A stretch of DNA of 31,587 nucleotides from a virus. Lineage: Duplodnaviria; Caudoviricetes. The notes under the pieces are model-generated. The model worked only from the letters and a program-made list of their open reading frames with translations, had not been told where the DNA came from and ran no database searches. The translations under genes were made by a program, and so were the position numbers. Below are positions 9,191 through 18,935 of this stretch, piece after piece. The stretch covers positions 1 through 31,587 of IMG/VR virus record IMGVR_UViG_3300038334_000164, one strand, 5' to 3'. Position 1 is the first letter of the stretch, and every line of letters begins with the position of its first letter.

Positions 9191-10868
9191 ATATCCCCCT
9201 GATTACGATCCAATTACTGAATATTGGGAGTTAATCGAATCAGGAAAGGAAATTGTCAGCGAGAAGATATATAAAACCTACAAAAAGCTGGCCGCCGATG
9301 TCAAGAGTAAATCGCGCTTGTGGTATTACAGCCATGCAAGAGCCAATCATGTACTGGAATTTATTGAAAACTTTTGTCGCCACTCAAAAGGCAAGGAAGG
9401 TGGCAAGCCGGTAATTCTTGAATTGTGGGAAAAAGCAATGTTGGCTGCTATATTCGGTTTTATCGATATCGAGGGCAACCGTGAATACCGAGAAGCTATG
9501 CTGATTGTTGGTAAGAAAAACGGCAAGTCCCTATTGGCTTCGTGCGTGGGATTATATATGCAGATCGGGGACAGTGAGCCGGGTAGCGAAGTGTATGCGG
9601 TTGCCACGATGAAGGATCAGGCCAAAATCGTCTGGATGGAAGCTAAGCGAATGGTCAATAAGTCGCCGGTCCTTAAGAAAAGAATCAGAACGCTGGTCGC
9701 TGAGATGGCATCGGATTTTAACGATGGAATCTTTAAACCACTGGCCAGCAATGTTGACAGCCTTGACGGCAAGAACGTTCACGCCGGGCTATTTGACGAA
9801 ATCCACCAATGGAAAAACGGAAAAGCCCTATATGACATAATTGCGGATGGCACGACGGCCCGAGAACAGCCATTAATTTTCATCACATCGACAGCTGGGA
9901 CGATCCGAGAAGATATCTATGATCAGAAATACGATGAAGCAACCAGGGTGATCAACGGGTATTTTGATCCTGACGGTTACAGAGATGATCATTTTATCGC
10001 ATTCATATATGAGTTAGATTCCCGAAAAGAATGGTTAGATCCGGCCTGCTGGAAAAAAGCAAACCCCGGCCTAGGAACGATTAAGAACGAAAAGACGCTG
10101 GCCGCCAAAGTTGAAAAGGCAAAAGCTAACTCGATGCTGGTTAAAAACCTTGTCTGCAAGGAATTTAACATTAGGGAAACTTCTTCTGAGTCGTGGCTGA
10201 ATTTTGATGATCTGAATAATACAGATACCTTTGATATTGCTGAATTAAAGCCCCGGTATGGCATCGGCGGGCTAGATTTATCCTCCACTACTGACTTAAC
10301 CTGCGCAACGGTGATTTTCAAGGTCTTGGGCGATGATACACTTTACGTCAAGCAAATGTATTGGCTACCTGGTGATTTGCTGGAACAACGGACCAAAGAA
10401 GATAAGATACCATACAATATTTGGTACGAGCAAGGTCTATTAAGGGTGAGCGAGGGCAATAAGATCAATTACAAAGATGTGGTGGCGTGGTTTTTGGAAG
10501 TTCAGAACGAAATGGACATCTATATTTATAAAATCGGGTATGACAACTGGAACTCACAATACATTGTGGACGAATTGCAACAGTATTTCGGAAAAGACTC
10601 AACTGAGGCGGTAATCCAAGGAAAGAAAACAATGTCTTCACCTATGAAAAATTTTGCTGCCGACTTAAAGGCGAAAAAGATCAATTATGATAACCATCCA
10701 ATACTTAAATGGAATATGGCCAACGCGGCCATTGCTGTTGATAGGAACGATAACATCCAACTGATGAAAACAAGTAATTCACGCCGCCGAATTGATGGTG
10801 TGGCTTCATTACTTGACGCGTTCATCGCATTAGAGCGAAATTATGATAACTACATGCATTTAATCTAA
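9183..10868 (+). CDS. terL: Terminase large subunit
   Basis: Walker A VGKKNGKS, Walker B GLFDEIH, ITSTAG coupling motif, nuclease motifs GGLDLSSTTDLT and RIDGVASLLDA. Confidence 0.95.
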   Translation: MIRYPPDYDPITEYWELIESGKEIVSEKIYKTYKKLAADVKSKSRLWYYSHARANHVLEFIENFCRHSKGKEGGKPVILELWEKAMLAAIFGFIDIEGNREYREAMLIVGKKNGKSLLASCVGLYMQIGDSEPGSEVYAVATMKDQAKIVWMEAKRMVNKSPVLKKRIRTLVAEMASDFNDGIFKPLASNVDSLDGKNVHAGLFDEIHQWKNGKALYDIIADGTTAREQPLIFITSTAGTIREDIYDQKYDEATRVINGYFDPDGYRDDHFIAFIYELDSRKEWLDPACWKKANPGLGTIKNEKTLAAKVEKAKANSMLVKNLVCKEFNIRETSSESWLNFDDLNNTDTFDIAELKPRYGIGGLDLSSTTDLTCATVIFKVLGDDTLYVKQMYWLPGDLLEQRTKEDKIPYNIWYEQGLLRVSEGNKINYKDVVAWFLEVQNEMDIYIYKIGYDNWNSQYIVDELQQYFGKDSTEAVIQGKKTMSSPMKNFAADLKAKKINYDNHPILKWNMANAAIAVDRNDNIQLMKTSNSRRRIDGVASLLDAFIALERNYDNYMHLI

Positions 10869-10936
10869 AGATTAGTCATCTCGACAAGTGAAAGTCGTTA
10901 AACAGGCTAGGAAAATCAGAGAAAGGAGGGGATAAT

Positions 10937-12082
10937 GTGGGAATATTTGACAAATTTAAAAACAGAACGGTAACTGTTTCTCAATATAAAATGATTACCG
11001 ACAACGGAAACGGATTTTATTCTTATAATGGGAACCTGTATCAATCTGATGTGGTAAGGTCGGCTATCAGGCCTAAAGTCCAAGCAATTGGCAAAACAAT
11101 CGCAAAACACCTGAGAAATGGTCCTGATGGAATAAAGATAAACCCCGATGTTTACATGCGGTTTCTATTGGAAGAGCCAAACCCGTACATGACCGGGCAG
11201 ATGCTACAGGAAAAACTGGCCACACAACTTGAACTGAACAACAACGCCTTTGCATATATCAACCGGGACTCTAATGGGTATCCAATGGAAATATACCCGA
11301 TTTCAGCATCATTCAGTGAAGCGATTCAGAATGATCGGGGTGAGTTGTTTATCAAATTCACACTGAGGACAGGGAAAACAGTAACTTTTCGGTATGCAGA
11401 TATCATTCACCTAAGAAAAGACTTTAACAACAATGAACTATTTGGTGATTCCCCGGCAGAGGTACTAACCCCACTTATGGAGATTGTCACAACAACTGAT
11501 CAGGGGATCATAAAAGCTGTCAAAAACTCCAATGTGGTTAAATGGTTATTAAAGTTTACACAGCCACTCCGGCCGGAGGATATGAAGAAGCAAACCCAGG
11601 ATTTTGTCACCAATTATTTAAGTATTGACAGTGAAACTGTTGGCGCTGCTGCAGTGGATACTAAGGTCGACGCTCAACAGGTAACGCCTAATGATTATGT
11701 GCCAAACGCCGCACAGATGGACAGAACTATTCAGCGAATCTACTCATTTTTCAATGTCAATTCTAAAATAGTGCAGGCCTGTTATAACGAGAACGAATGG
11801 ATCAGTTATTACGAAAGCAGTGTTGAGCCTGTGATCACACAATTAAGCGGCGAGTATAGCCGGAAATTATTTTCAAGGCGTGAACGAGGATTTGGAAATA
11901 GGATTCTATTTGAAAGTTCAAACCTATCTTTTGCCAGCATGCAGACCAAATTAAATCTGGTGCAGTATGTTGACCGGGGAATTATGACACCAAATGAAGT
12001 GCGGGACATTCTAAGCCTTGCCCCAATAGAAGGCGGTGACGTTCCTATCAGGCGATTAGACACCCGGCCAACAACTGAATGA
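10937..12082 (+). CDS. HK97-family portal protein
   Basis: LLEEPNPYMTG, NNAFAYI, DIIHLR and GIMTPNEVRDILSLAPIEGGD motifs. Confidence 0.93.
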   Translation: MGIFDKFKNRTVTVSQYKMITDNGNGFYSYNGNLYQSDVVRSAIRPKVQAIGKTIAKHLRNGPDGIKINPDVYMRFLLEEPNPYMTGQMLQEKLATQLELNNNAFAYINRDSNGYPMEIYPISASFSEAIQNDRGELFIKFTLRTGKTVTFRYADIIHLRKDFNNNELFGDSPAEVLTPLMEIVTTTDQGIIKAVKNSNVVKWLLKFTQPLRPEDMKKQTQDFVTNYLSIDSETVGAAAVDTKVDAQQVTPNDYVPNAAQMDRTIQRIYSFFNVNSKIVQACYNENEWISYYESSVEPVITQLSGEYSRKLFSRRERGFGNRILFESSNLSFASMQTKLNLVQYVDRGIMTPNEVRDILSLAPIEGGDVPIRRLDTRPTTE

Positions 12083-12103
12083 TAGGAGAAAGGGGGTGAA
12101 GAA

Positions 12104-12796
12104 GTGAAAAAAATAAATGTTAAGGGGCCGATAGTATCCAGTGGTGATTCGTGGATCTATGACTGGCTAGGTATTGAATCAACCAGCCCAGGAACAGTTG
12201 CAAAAGCAATTGAAGAAGCTATGGGAGATGAACTCGAAGTTGATATCAATTCAGGCGGCGGAGATGTGTTCGCCGGGTCAGAAATATACACAGCATTAAA
12301 GTCTTACAAGGGTAATGTAACGATAAGAATTGTAGGACTGGCAGGAAGTGCGGCATCTGTTGTTGCCATGGCAGGAAACAAGGTGATGATGTCGCCGACG
12401 GCGCAAATCATGATCCATAACGTGTCTAGTCGAGCCAGTGGTGACCATCGAGATATGGCACATACTGCTGAAATTCTAAAAAATGCCAATGAGACAATTG
12501 CCAATGCTTACATGTTAAAAAGCGGATTAAGTCAAAAGGATTTGCTCGACATGATGGAAGCAGAAACATGGTTCACGCCACAAAAGGCGCTGGAGCATCG
12601 ACTGATTGATGAAATCATGTTTGAAGAAAACCAGTTTGATCTAGTAGCCGGTTATGACTGTGGGATCCTTCCACAATCAGTAATCAATAAAATACGGAAT
12701 ACCATTACCCGGCCGATCAGCAATGATGCGGCTTTTTTAATGCAGCAAAAAGCGGAAGCGCAACTTAAATTTATAAAATTAAAGGAGGTCGAATGA
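12104..12796 (+). CDS. ClpP-like prohead maturation protease
   Basis: INSGGGDVF, GLAGSAASVVAMAG, IMIHN and ETWF...A...LIDEI motifs. Confidence 0.93.
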   Translation: MKKINVKGPIVSSGDSWIYDWLGIESTSPGTVAKAIEEAMGDELEVDINSGGGDVFAGSEIYTALKSYKGNVTIRIVGLAGSAASVVAMAGNKVMMSPTAQIMIHNVSSRASGDHRDMAHTAEILKNANETIANAYMLKSGLSQKDLLDMMEAETWFTPQKALEHRLIDEIMFEENQFDLVAGYDCGILPQSVINKIRNTITRPISNDAAFLMQQKAEAQLKFIKLKEVE

Positions 12797-14046
12797 TGAC
12801 CAAAGAAATGTATGCAGAGCAACGGAATGCCCTATTGGGTGAGATTGAAGCGTTGATAGCAGTGGGAAAGATCGAAGAATCCGGAACAAAAATGGCAGAG
12901 GTTGAAACCTTAGACAACCAATATGAGCAGGCTAAACTGGCAAATGCAAACCTGCAGGCGCTGAAAGGTGCAGCGCCGGTAATTGATCTAGAAAACAAGT
13001 CTATTATTATAACAAGTGGAACACAAATTGATAACACAGGTGGAGGAAACATGATTGATGAAAAACAAATTTACACCAACGCATGGGCGAAGGCAATGCA
13101 GGGAGTTGTACTTGATGATAAAGAGCAAAATATCTTTGATACAGTAAATCTTGAATTTAGCAACGCCTATACCCATGATACCGGGAATACATCCGTATTA
13201 ATCCCCGAAACAGTTGTTGCAGGTATTTGGAGTCGGGCTGCAGAGATGTATCCATTATTGTCAGATGTCAAGAAATTCAATGTAAAAGGTACCTTGACCA
13301 TGAAGAAACATTCGGCTATTAATGCCGGCGATGCCGCATTTTATGCCGATGGCACTGTAACTACAGACGAACAAAATACTTTCGCAGAAATATCGCTTTC
13401 AGGGTGCGAATTGTCCAAAGCTATCACCATTTCATGGAAATTACGGTCCATGGCCATTGCTGAGTTTATCCCATTTATTACCAATGAATTGGGCGAACGT
13501 GTAGGTGCTGCTCTGGGATCATCGGTATCGACCGGGAAAGGCCCAACTGCAACGCCTAAGGAACCACAGGGGATTGAAACAGCGTTACTGGCAGAAGGAA
13601 GCACGCCACAGGTTGTTTCTTACGATCCAGAAGCGACTACCGCCGATCCTATGAGCTATGAAGATTTTACCCTGGCAATCAGCAAGATTCATTCAAGCTA
13701 TTTGGCAGGCTGTAATATTTACGCCAACAATGCCACAATCTGGACCCAACTGGCAAATCTGGTGGACGGACAGGGTAGACCTTTATTTATTCCTGACGTG
13801 ACCGCTGGCGGAGTTGGTCGGATGTTTGGTTTAGTTGTTAAGCCGGATGCCGGCGTCACCAATGGATCTGTAATTATCGGGAACCCAGGATCTGGCTATA
13901 TCATGAACACCAACGAGCCTATGAGCGTAGCTACAGAAGAACATGTTAAGGCCCGTACTGTTGATTATGCTGCTTACACCATCGTTGATGGCGCGGTACT
14001 GGATACAAAAGCTTTTGCGCTGATCCGAAATACCCCCGGCGCCTGA
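12793..14046 (+). CDS. HK97-fold major capsid protein
   Basis: Coiled-coil delta domain at the N-terminus; LIPETV, EPQGI and LVDGQGRPLF motifs; follows the protease. Confidence 0.92.
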   Translation: MMTKEMYAEQRNALLGEIEALIAVGKIEESGTKMAEVETLDNQYEQAKLANANLQALKGAAPVIDLENKSIIITSGTQIDNTGGGNMIDEKQIYTNAWAKAMQGVVLDDKEQNIFDTVNLEFSNAYTHDTGNTSVLIPETVVAGIWSRAAEMYPLLSDVKKFNVKGTLTMKKHSAINAGDAAFYADGTVTTDEQNTFAEISLSGCELSKAITISWKLRSMAIAEFIPFITNELGERVGAALGSSVSTGKGPTATPKEPQGIETALLAEGSTPQVVSYDPEATTADPMSYEDFTLAISKIHSSYLAGCNIYANNATIWTQLANLVDGQGRPLFIPDVTAGGVGRMFGLVVKPDAGVTNGSVIIGNPGSGYIMNTNEPMSVATEEHVKARTVDYAAYTIVDGAVLDTKAFALIRNTPGA

Positions 14047-14059
14047 TGTGAGGTAGCAA

Positions 14060-14227
14060 ATGAAAGTAAGGGCATTAAAATTATTTAATGACTTACAATC
14101 AGGTACTTTGCGGATGCCAGGCGAAGAATTTGAAGTTACTAAGCGAAGGGTGAGCCAATTAAACGCTCATCCTTCAGGTAATTTAGTGGAAGTCATTGAA
14201 AAAGAAAAGCCTGAAAAGGTGGTGTAG
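14060..14227 (+). CDS. Small head-associated hypothetical protein (55 aa, not in the ORF track)
   Basis: GAGGT RBS; MKVRALKLFNDLQSGTLRMPGEEFEVTKRRV...; fills the gap between capsid and connector genes. Confidence 0.7.
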   Translation: MKVRALKLFNDLQSGTLRMPGEEFEVTKRRVSQLNAHPSGNLVEVIEKEKPEKVV

Positions 14228-14230
14228 AAC

Positions 14231-14512
14231 ATGGCATTAATAAACGACGTCAAACAATCGTTGAGAATAACCAACACCGCCATGGACGCAGAGATTCAGG
14301 ATCTGATTGATAGTGCAAAAGCTGATTTGAAATTAAGCGGTGTTCTGGCAACAAAGATAATTGACACGGATATGCTGATAAAAAGGGCTGTGACACTGTA
14401 CTGCAAGGCTAGTTTTGGTTTAGATAATCCAGATAGCGAGAAATATCAAGCCAGTTATTTAAGCCTTAAAACGCATCTATGCTTGTCTCGGGAATATACG
14501 GTGGCAGTCTAA
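14231..14512 (+). CDS. Head-tail connector (gp6-like)
   Basis: VKQSLRI...DAEIQDLIDSAKADL pattern and synteny. Confidence 0.85.
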   Translation: MALINDVKQSLRITNTAMDAEIQDLIDSAKADLKLSGVLATKIIDTDMLIKRAVTLYCKASFGLDNPDSEKYQASYLSLKTHLCLSREYTVAV

Positions 14513-14823
14513 TGTGGAAAGATATATGTTATCCGGGTGTTATCTCAGAAACAGAAAATGCACTGGGTGAAAAAATAGAAACAATCACTTATCCAAGTTA
14601 TGTATTTTGTGACAAGCGATCAGTCACCCGGTCAGAGTTTTACCAGGCGGCGACAACCGATTATAAGCCGGAGATTATCTTGAAGCTTAAAATCATTGAT
14701 TACGCTGGGCAGAAATATATTAAGTTAAATAACGATTTGTATACGGTAGTCAGAACGTATGAAGCATCATCAGAGGATATAGAAATAACGCTGGAAAGAG
14801 GTATAGCACATGGCAATACCTAA
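14512..14823 (+). CDS. Head closure / head-tail adaptor
   Basis: RSVTRSEFYQA motif and synteny; ATG overlaps the previous stop. Confidence 0.8.
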   Translation: MWKDICYPGVISETENALGEKIETITYPSYVFCDKRSVTRSEFYQAATTDYKPEIILKLKIIDYAGQKYIKLNNDLYTVVRTYEASSEDIEITLERGIAHGNT

Positions 14824-15265
14824 GAGTGTCACAAAGATCATTAAAAAAGATGGTAAAAATGAAGTGACCTTTACTTCCAACGTTGACAGGGTTAACTATA
14901 CGCTAAATGAACTCACACGGGCAGCTCTGCGAGACTCGGGAAAATTTATCGTAAAGATGTTTAAGGACGATTATTACAGTTTTTTTGATAAGCAAACTGG
15001 AAGAGTTGGCAAGTATGCTCAATACTGGGTCAGGAAAAAAGAAAATGATCTACAAGTGGGAATCAAGCCCAATGCATTTTATGGTGGATTCCAGGAAAAG
15101 GGAACTGAAAAACAACCTGCTCTCGGAATGCTGACTCATGCGGCAGAGGATAATATTGCGGAGATCGTGAGAATACAATCACAGTATCTATCTGCTTTAG
15201 AGTCTGAAGCAGAAGCCTTGGCGCTGATTGATGAAGAGGAATATGAAGGTAACGCCGATGAGTAG
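14810..15265 (+). CDS. HK97 gp10-like tail completion protein
   Basis: FYGGFQEKGTEKQP motif and synteny. Confidence 0.75.
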   Translation: MAIPKSVTKIIKKDGKNEVTFTSNVDRVNYTLNELTRAALRDSGKFIVKMFKDDYYSFFDKQTGRVGKYAQYWVRKKENDLQVGIKPNAFYGGFQEKGTEKQPALGMLTHAAEDNIAEIVRIQSQYLSALESEAEALALIDEEEYEGNADE

Positions 15266-15617
15266 TCCAACAGTAACATTAATATCAAAAATAGTGAGTA
15301 TCTTGAGAACCGTTCACAGCGGTTCTTTTTATTTAAAGGCAAGTAATACGGTCCCTTATCCGTATATCACATTTAAAATATCAGAAATTGGGGACAGTAT
15401 GAAGCTGGAATTGGATTATTGGACAAACTCTAAAGATTCGACATCTCTGGAAACACTTGCTGACAGCATCTATGCAAAGCTTCACAAATATACTGAGACA
15501 AACAGCGATCTCAGTATCACGATATATAAAAATGGAAACAGACAGCGTCTTGATGAAGATTCGATTCAACGGATAAATGAAACATATGAGATCCGTTATT
15601 ATGGAAAGGAAGAATAA
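15258..15617 (+). CDS. Tail terminator protein
   Basis: PYPYITF motif; lies just before the major tail gene. Confidence 0.7.
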   Translation: MSSPTVTLISKIVSILRTVHSGSFYLKASNTVPYPYITFKISEIGDSMKLELDYWTNSKDSTSLETLADSIYAKLHKYTETNSDLSITIYKNGNRQRLDEDSIQRINETYEIRYYGKEE

Positions 15618-15619
15618 AT

Positions 15620-16459
15620 ATGAAAGTACGAACTGGTTATAACACCAAAACCATGGAAAACTTGCACACTGGGGCAGGTGCTTATTTTAAGAATTTTACC
15701 GTCGGGGTTGATACCTATGAAACGGCCAGAGCTGATGGAAAGCTATTAGGAGCCACGCAAGGCGGTGGTAATTTTAAAGCTGCAGCCGAAATCAGACAAA
15801 TTGAAATTGACGGTTTGCCGGGAAAAGCAAAGGGTGCAGAACTCATTGAATCGTGGGAAGTTTCTCTGGGGATGACTTTCATTGAAACAACCCCTGCAAC
15901 ACTGGCTTTATCATTAGGTGCTGCTGATATCGACAGCTCCACAAATGGAACCTATAGTATTATCCAGGGTCGAAATGCTTTTAAGGACAGTGACTATATC
16001 GATAATATAACCTACATCGGAACAATCACCGGATCTGATGAGCCGATCATTATACAGGTGTTCAACGCCTTAAGTACCGATGGACTTGATATCAAAGTCG
16101 AGGACAAAAAAGAAGGGACTATCCCAGTAACTGTATTTGGACATTATGAAGATAGCGGTGACGGATCAATGGATGCACCACCATTTAAAATTTACTATCC
16201 AAAAGGCAGCAATGTAGCAACACCGGTTGCATCAGTTGTGGGCGGAACCTTTATAACAAGCCAAACTGTAACGTTAACCTGTGCAACAGTGGGAGCATCA
16301 ATTCGCTATACGACAAATGGTTTTGAACCGACTGTTGCTGATTCGCTGTATAGCACATCCATTACGGTTGCTGCAGACACGATTATCAAAGCAAAAGCGA
16401 TTAAAGCCGGATTAGCAGACAGTGCCACCATGACCGAACGCTATATTATTAACATATAA
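15620..16459 (+). CDS. Major tail tube protein with a C-terminal Ig-like (CHB_HEX_C/Fn3-associated) domain
   Basis: LLGATQGG tail-tube motif; C-terminal VATPVAS..GGTF...VTLTCAT.GASIRYTTNG.EPT. Confidence 0.85.
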   Translation: MKVRTGYNTKTMENLHTGAGAYFKNFTVGVDTYETARADGKLLGATQGGGNFKAAAEIRQIEIDGLPGKAKGAELIESWEVSLGMTFIETTPATLALSLGAADIDSSTNGTYSIIQGRNAFKDSDYIDNITYIGTITGSDEPIIIQVFNALSTDGLDIKVEDKKEGTIPVTVFGHYEDSGDGSMDAPPFKIYYPKGSNVATPVASVVGGTFITSQTVTLTCATVGASIRYTTNGFEPTVADSLYSTSITVAADTIIKAKAIKAGLADSATMTERYIINI

Positions 16460-16471
16460 GGGAGATAAAAC

Positions 16472-16807
16472 ATGACTATTAGAAAAATGAATACATCAGA
16501 CTTATTCGATTTTTTAAGACTGGTGAAGAAGATAGGAATTAAGGACGACCTGAAAGCAGTCGTCTCAAAGTTCACAGCAAACAAAGAAGCAACTCAAGCC
16601 GAAATCGGTGTTGATGTTGCTTTTGCTATTATGGAGATTTTTGCAGATAAAAAAGCAGAGGAAGAAATATACACATTTCTGTCAAAACCTTTTCAATGCA
16701 AACCAGAAGATGTTAAAAACAACGACTTGACTGATACTATTCAGAAAATTACAGAGATTGCAGATATTGCAATGTGGAAATCTTTTTTCAAGAAAGCAAC
16801 TCAATAG
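16472..16807 (+). CDS. Tail assembly chaperone (gpG-like)
   Basis: Lies between the major tail and tape measure genes; slippery T TTT TTC at 16783-16789. Confidence 0.8.
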   Translation: MTIRKMNTSDLFDFLRLVKKIGIKDDLKAVVSKFTANKEATQAEIGVDVAFAIMEIFADKKAEEEIYTFLSKPFQCKPEDVKNNDLTDTIQKITEIADIAMWKSFFKKATQ

Positions 16808-17118
16808 ACGTCATTGTCGTTGAAGAGTTGCTTCTTAGAAAATACCACAATATTGATTACATCATGAATATGGAAGTTGAAAACGGGGTCGCATTTATCA
16901 AAAAAGCCTTTGAAAAAGAGGATGAAGATAAGATGTGGGCCCGTTATTTAGTTGATTATCAGAACATGAACGAAGATAGCTTCATGACGTTTAATGAGTA
17001 CAAAGAGTTGCTGACAACACCGCCAATGCCAATTAAGCCATTGCACCAGGCGAAGCGAGAAGCTGAAATCAAGGTAGAACAAATCATAAATCTCACTTTG
17101 ATGAAAGGAGGAGAATAA
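16774..17118 (+). CDS. Tail assembly chaperone gpT-like extension, reached by -1 frameshift
   Basis: Overlapping -1 frame ORF that is open across the slippery heptamer and has no clear RBS of its own. Confidence 0.75.
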   Translation: MEIFFQESNSIDVIVVEELLLRKYHNIDYIMNMEVENGVAFIKKAFEKEDEDKMWARYLVDYQNMNEDSFMTFNEYKELLTTPPMPIKPLHQAKREAEIKVEQIINLTLMKGGE

Positions 17119-18935
17119 TGGCATTTGAAATATTTAAACTATTTGGGTCTGTGTTCGTTGATACGTCTTCAGCCAATTCTGAAATGGATATTACCGGATC
17201 AAAGGCTGAGGCAATGGCAAAGAAATTTGGCGATGCCGCAGACAAGGCCGGAAAATTAGGAAGTAGCCTAACGAACGCAGGAAGTGCTATGACAAAAGGC
17301 ATTACTGCACCGGTGGCCGCCATCGCGACGGGGCTCGGGGCATTAATCGCAAAGTCTGTTGGAACGGCCGATGAGATTCAGCGTTTATCAGATGTGTCTG
17401 GGATGTCGTCGGAACAATTGCAAAAACTGCAATATGCTGGGTCAGCTCTGGGAGTGGAATTAACAACCATTACCGGGGCGCAGGCAAAGCTAACCAAGTC
17501 AATGAGTGCTGCTGTCGACGGAACTGGAACACAAGCCGATGCCTTTTCGACTTTAGGGATATCTGTTCTTGATGCCAATGGGAATATGCGTGATGCTAAC
17601 ACCGTCATGATGGAAGCCTTTGACGCGTTGAACGGCGTGGGCAACGAAACCGAACGGGATGCTTTATCTATGGCAATATTTGGTAAATCAGCCATGGAAC
17701 TGAACCCGCTGATCAAAGCAGGATCTGCAGGGCTAAAAGAATTGACTGATGAAGCTGAAAAGAACGGCGCTGTCATGAGCGATGAAGCCATTGCAGGTTT
17801 GGATCTATTTGGCGATACCATTGACGCAATTAAGCTGTCGATCATGGGAACTGTTGGAACTATGGCCGCTCAATTTGTCCCTGCCTTGCAATCCCTGGCT
17901 AAGCTATTTCAAGAGAATGTATTACCAGCAATTGCCGGTTTTACTGAAAAGCTTGGAGGTATGGCAACAAGTTTTATGGAGATGGATCCGCTGTCTCAAA
18001 AATTAATCGGTGGTCTTGTGGGGATTACTGTTGCCGCCGGGCCACTGCTGATAGTGGGCGGTAAAATTGCAACTGGGATATCATCAATCATGACGGTATT
18101 CCAGGGACTGGCTCCAGTGATCGCCGGTGCTACAGCAGAAACAACAGGTATGGGTACTGTGCTGGGAGCCCTTACGGGGCCGATAGGGATAACTATTGCT
18201 GCTATTGCCGCCATTGGCGCGATAATCGCCGGGGCCTGGCAGAATAGCGAAACATTTAGAACGTCGATTAGTGAATCGTTCGAGACAATAAAAAATACCG
18301 TCACGGGTGCATTCAATCAGATCGGGATGGCGATGGGACCGGCGATAGAATCATTTCTTGGATTTTCGGCAAATATAAATCCAATACTTAAGGAAATTGG
18401 TGATTTTCTAGGGATATATGTGGTTCCCTTGGTCACTCAATTTATTGTCACATTTATACAAGGATTTTCAGCAATCATTACAGCAATTGCGCCATTCATT
18501 GCAGCGATCGGCAATTTGTTATCATTTATTGGTAATTTTATAGGGCTTGTATTTGCTTTATTTACAGGTGATTGGTCAACCGCCTGGACATTCGCCCAAA
18601 ACATGGCTAAGAACGCATGCGATTTTATCGGGAATGTTTTTCTGGGTTTAGGCAACTGGATAAACTTGATATTTACGGGAATTACAATGTTTTTGCAGGG
18701 AGTTTGGCAGGGCATTTATGACAACACGGTTGGAAAAGTAATTGAAATGGCAATGACCGTTGCGGCGATGTTTGAAGAAATTAGAGTTGGCGCACAAACA
18801 AAGTTTGAAGAAATTAAGCAAAATATCATAACGGCGGTTCAAGAATTGCCCGGAAGATTATATCAAGCAGCGCGGGATATGTTAAGCGAAATGGTCAGAG
18901 GGATTCAGGAAACGGCAATGTGTATGGTGCTGTAA
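17118..18935 (+). CDS. Tape measure protein, N-terminal part (frameshifted)
   Basis: MAFEIFKLFGSVFVD start, Ala/Gly-rich helical repeats, IFGKSAMELNPLI, and aromatic-periodic segments. Confidence 0.88.
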   Translation: MAFEIFKLFGSVFVDTSSANSEMDITGSKAEAMAKKFGDAADKAGKLGSSLTNAGSAMTKGITAPVAAIATGLGALIAKSVGTADEIQRLSDVSGMSSEQLQKLQYAGSALGVELTTITGAQAKLTKSMSAAVDGTGTQADAFSTLGISVLDANGNMRDANTVMMEAFDALNGVGNETERDALSMAIFGKSAMELNPLIKAGSAGLKELTDEAEKNGAVMSDEAIAGLDLFGDTIDAIKLSIMGTVGTMAAQFVPALQSLAKLFQENVLPAIAGFTEKLGGMATSFMEMDPLSQKLIGGLVGITVAAGPLLIVGGKIATGISSIMTVFQGLAPVIAGATAETTGMGTVLGALTGPIGITIAAIAAIGAIIAGAWQNSETFRTSISESFETIKNTVTGAFNQIGMAMGPAIESFLGFSANINPILKEIGDFLGIYVVPLVTQFIVTFIQGFSAIITAIAPFIAAIGNLLSFIGNFIGLVFALFTGDWSTAWTFAQNMAKNACDFIGNVFLGLGNWINLIFTGITMFLQGVWQGIYDNTVGKVIEMAMTVAAMFEEIRVGAQTKFEEIKQNIITAVQELPGRLYQAARDMLSEMVRGIQETAMCMVL

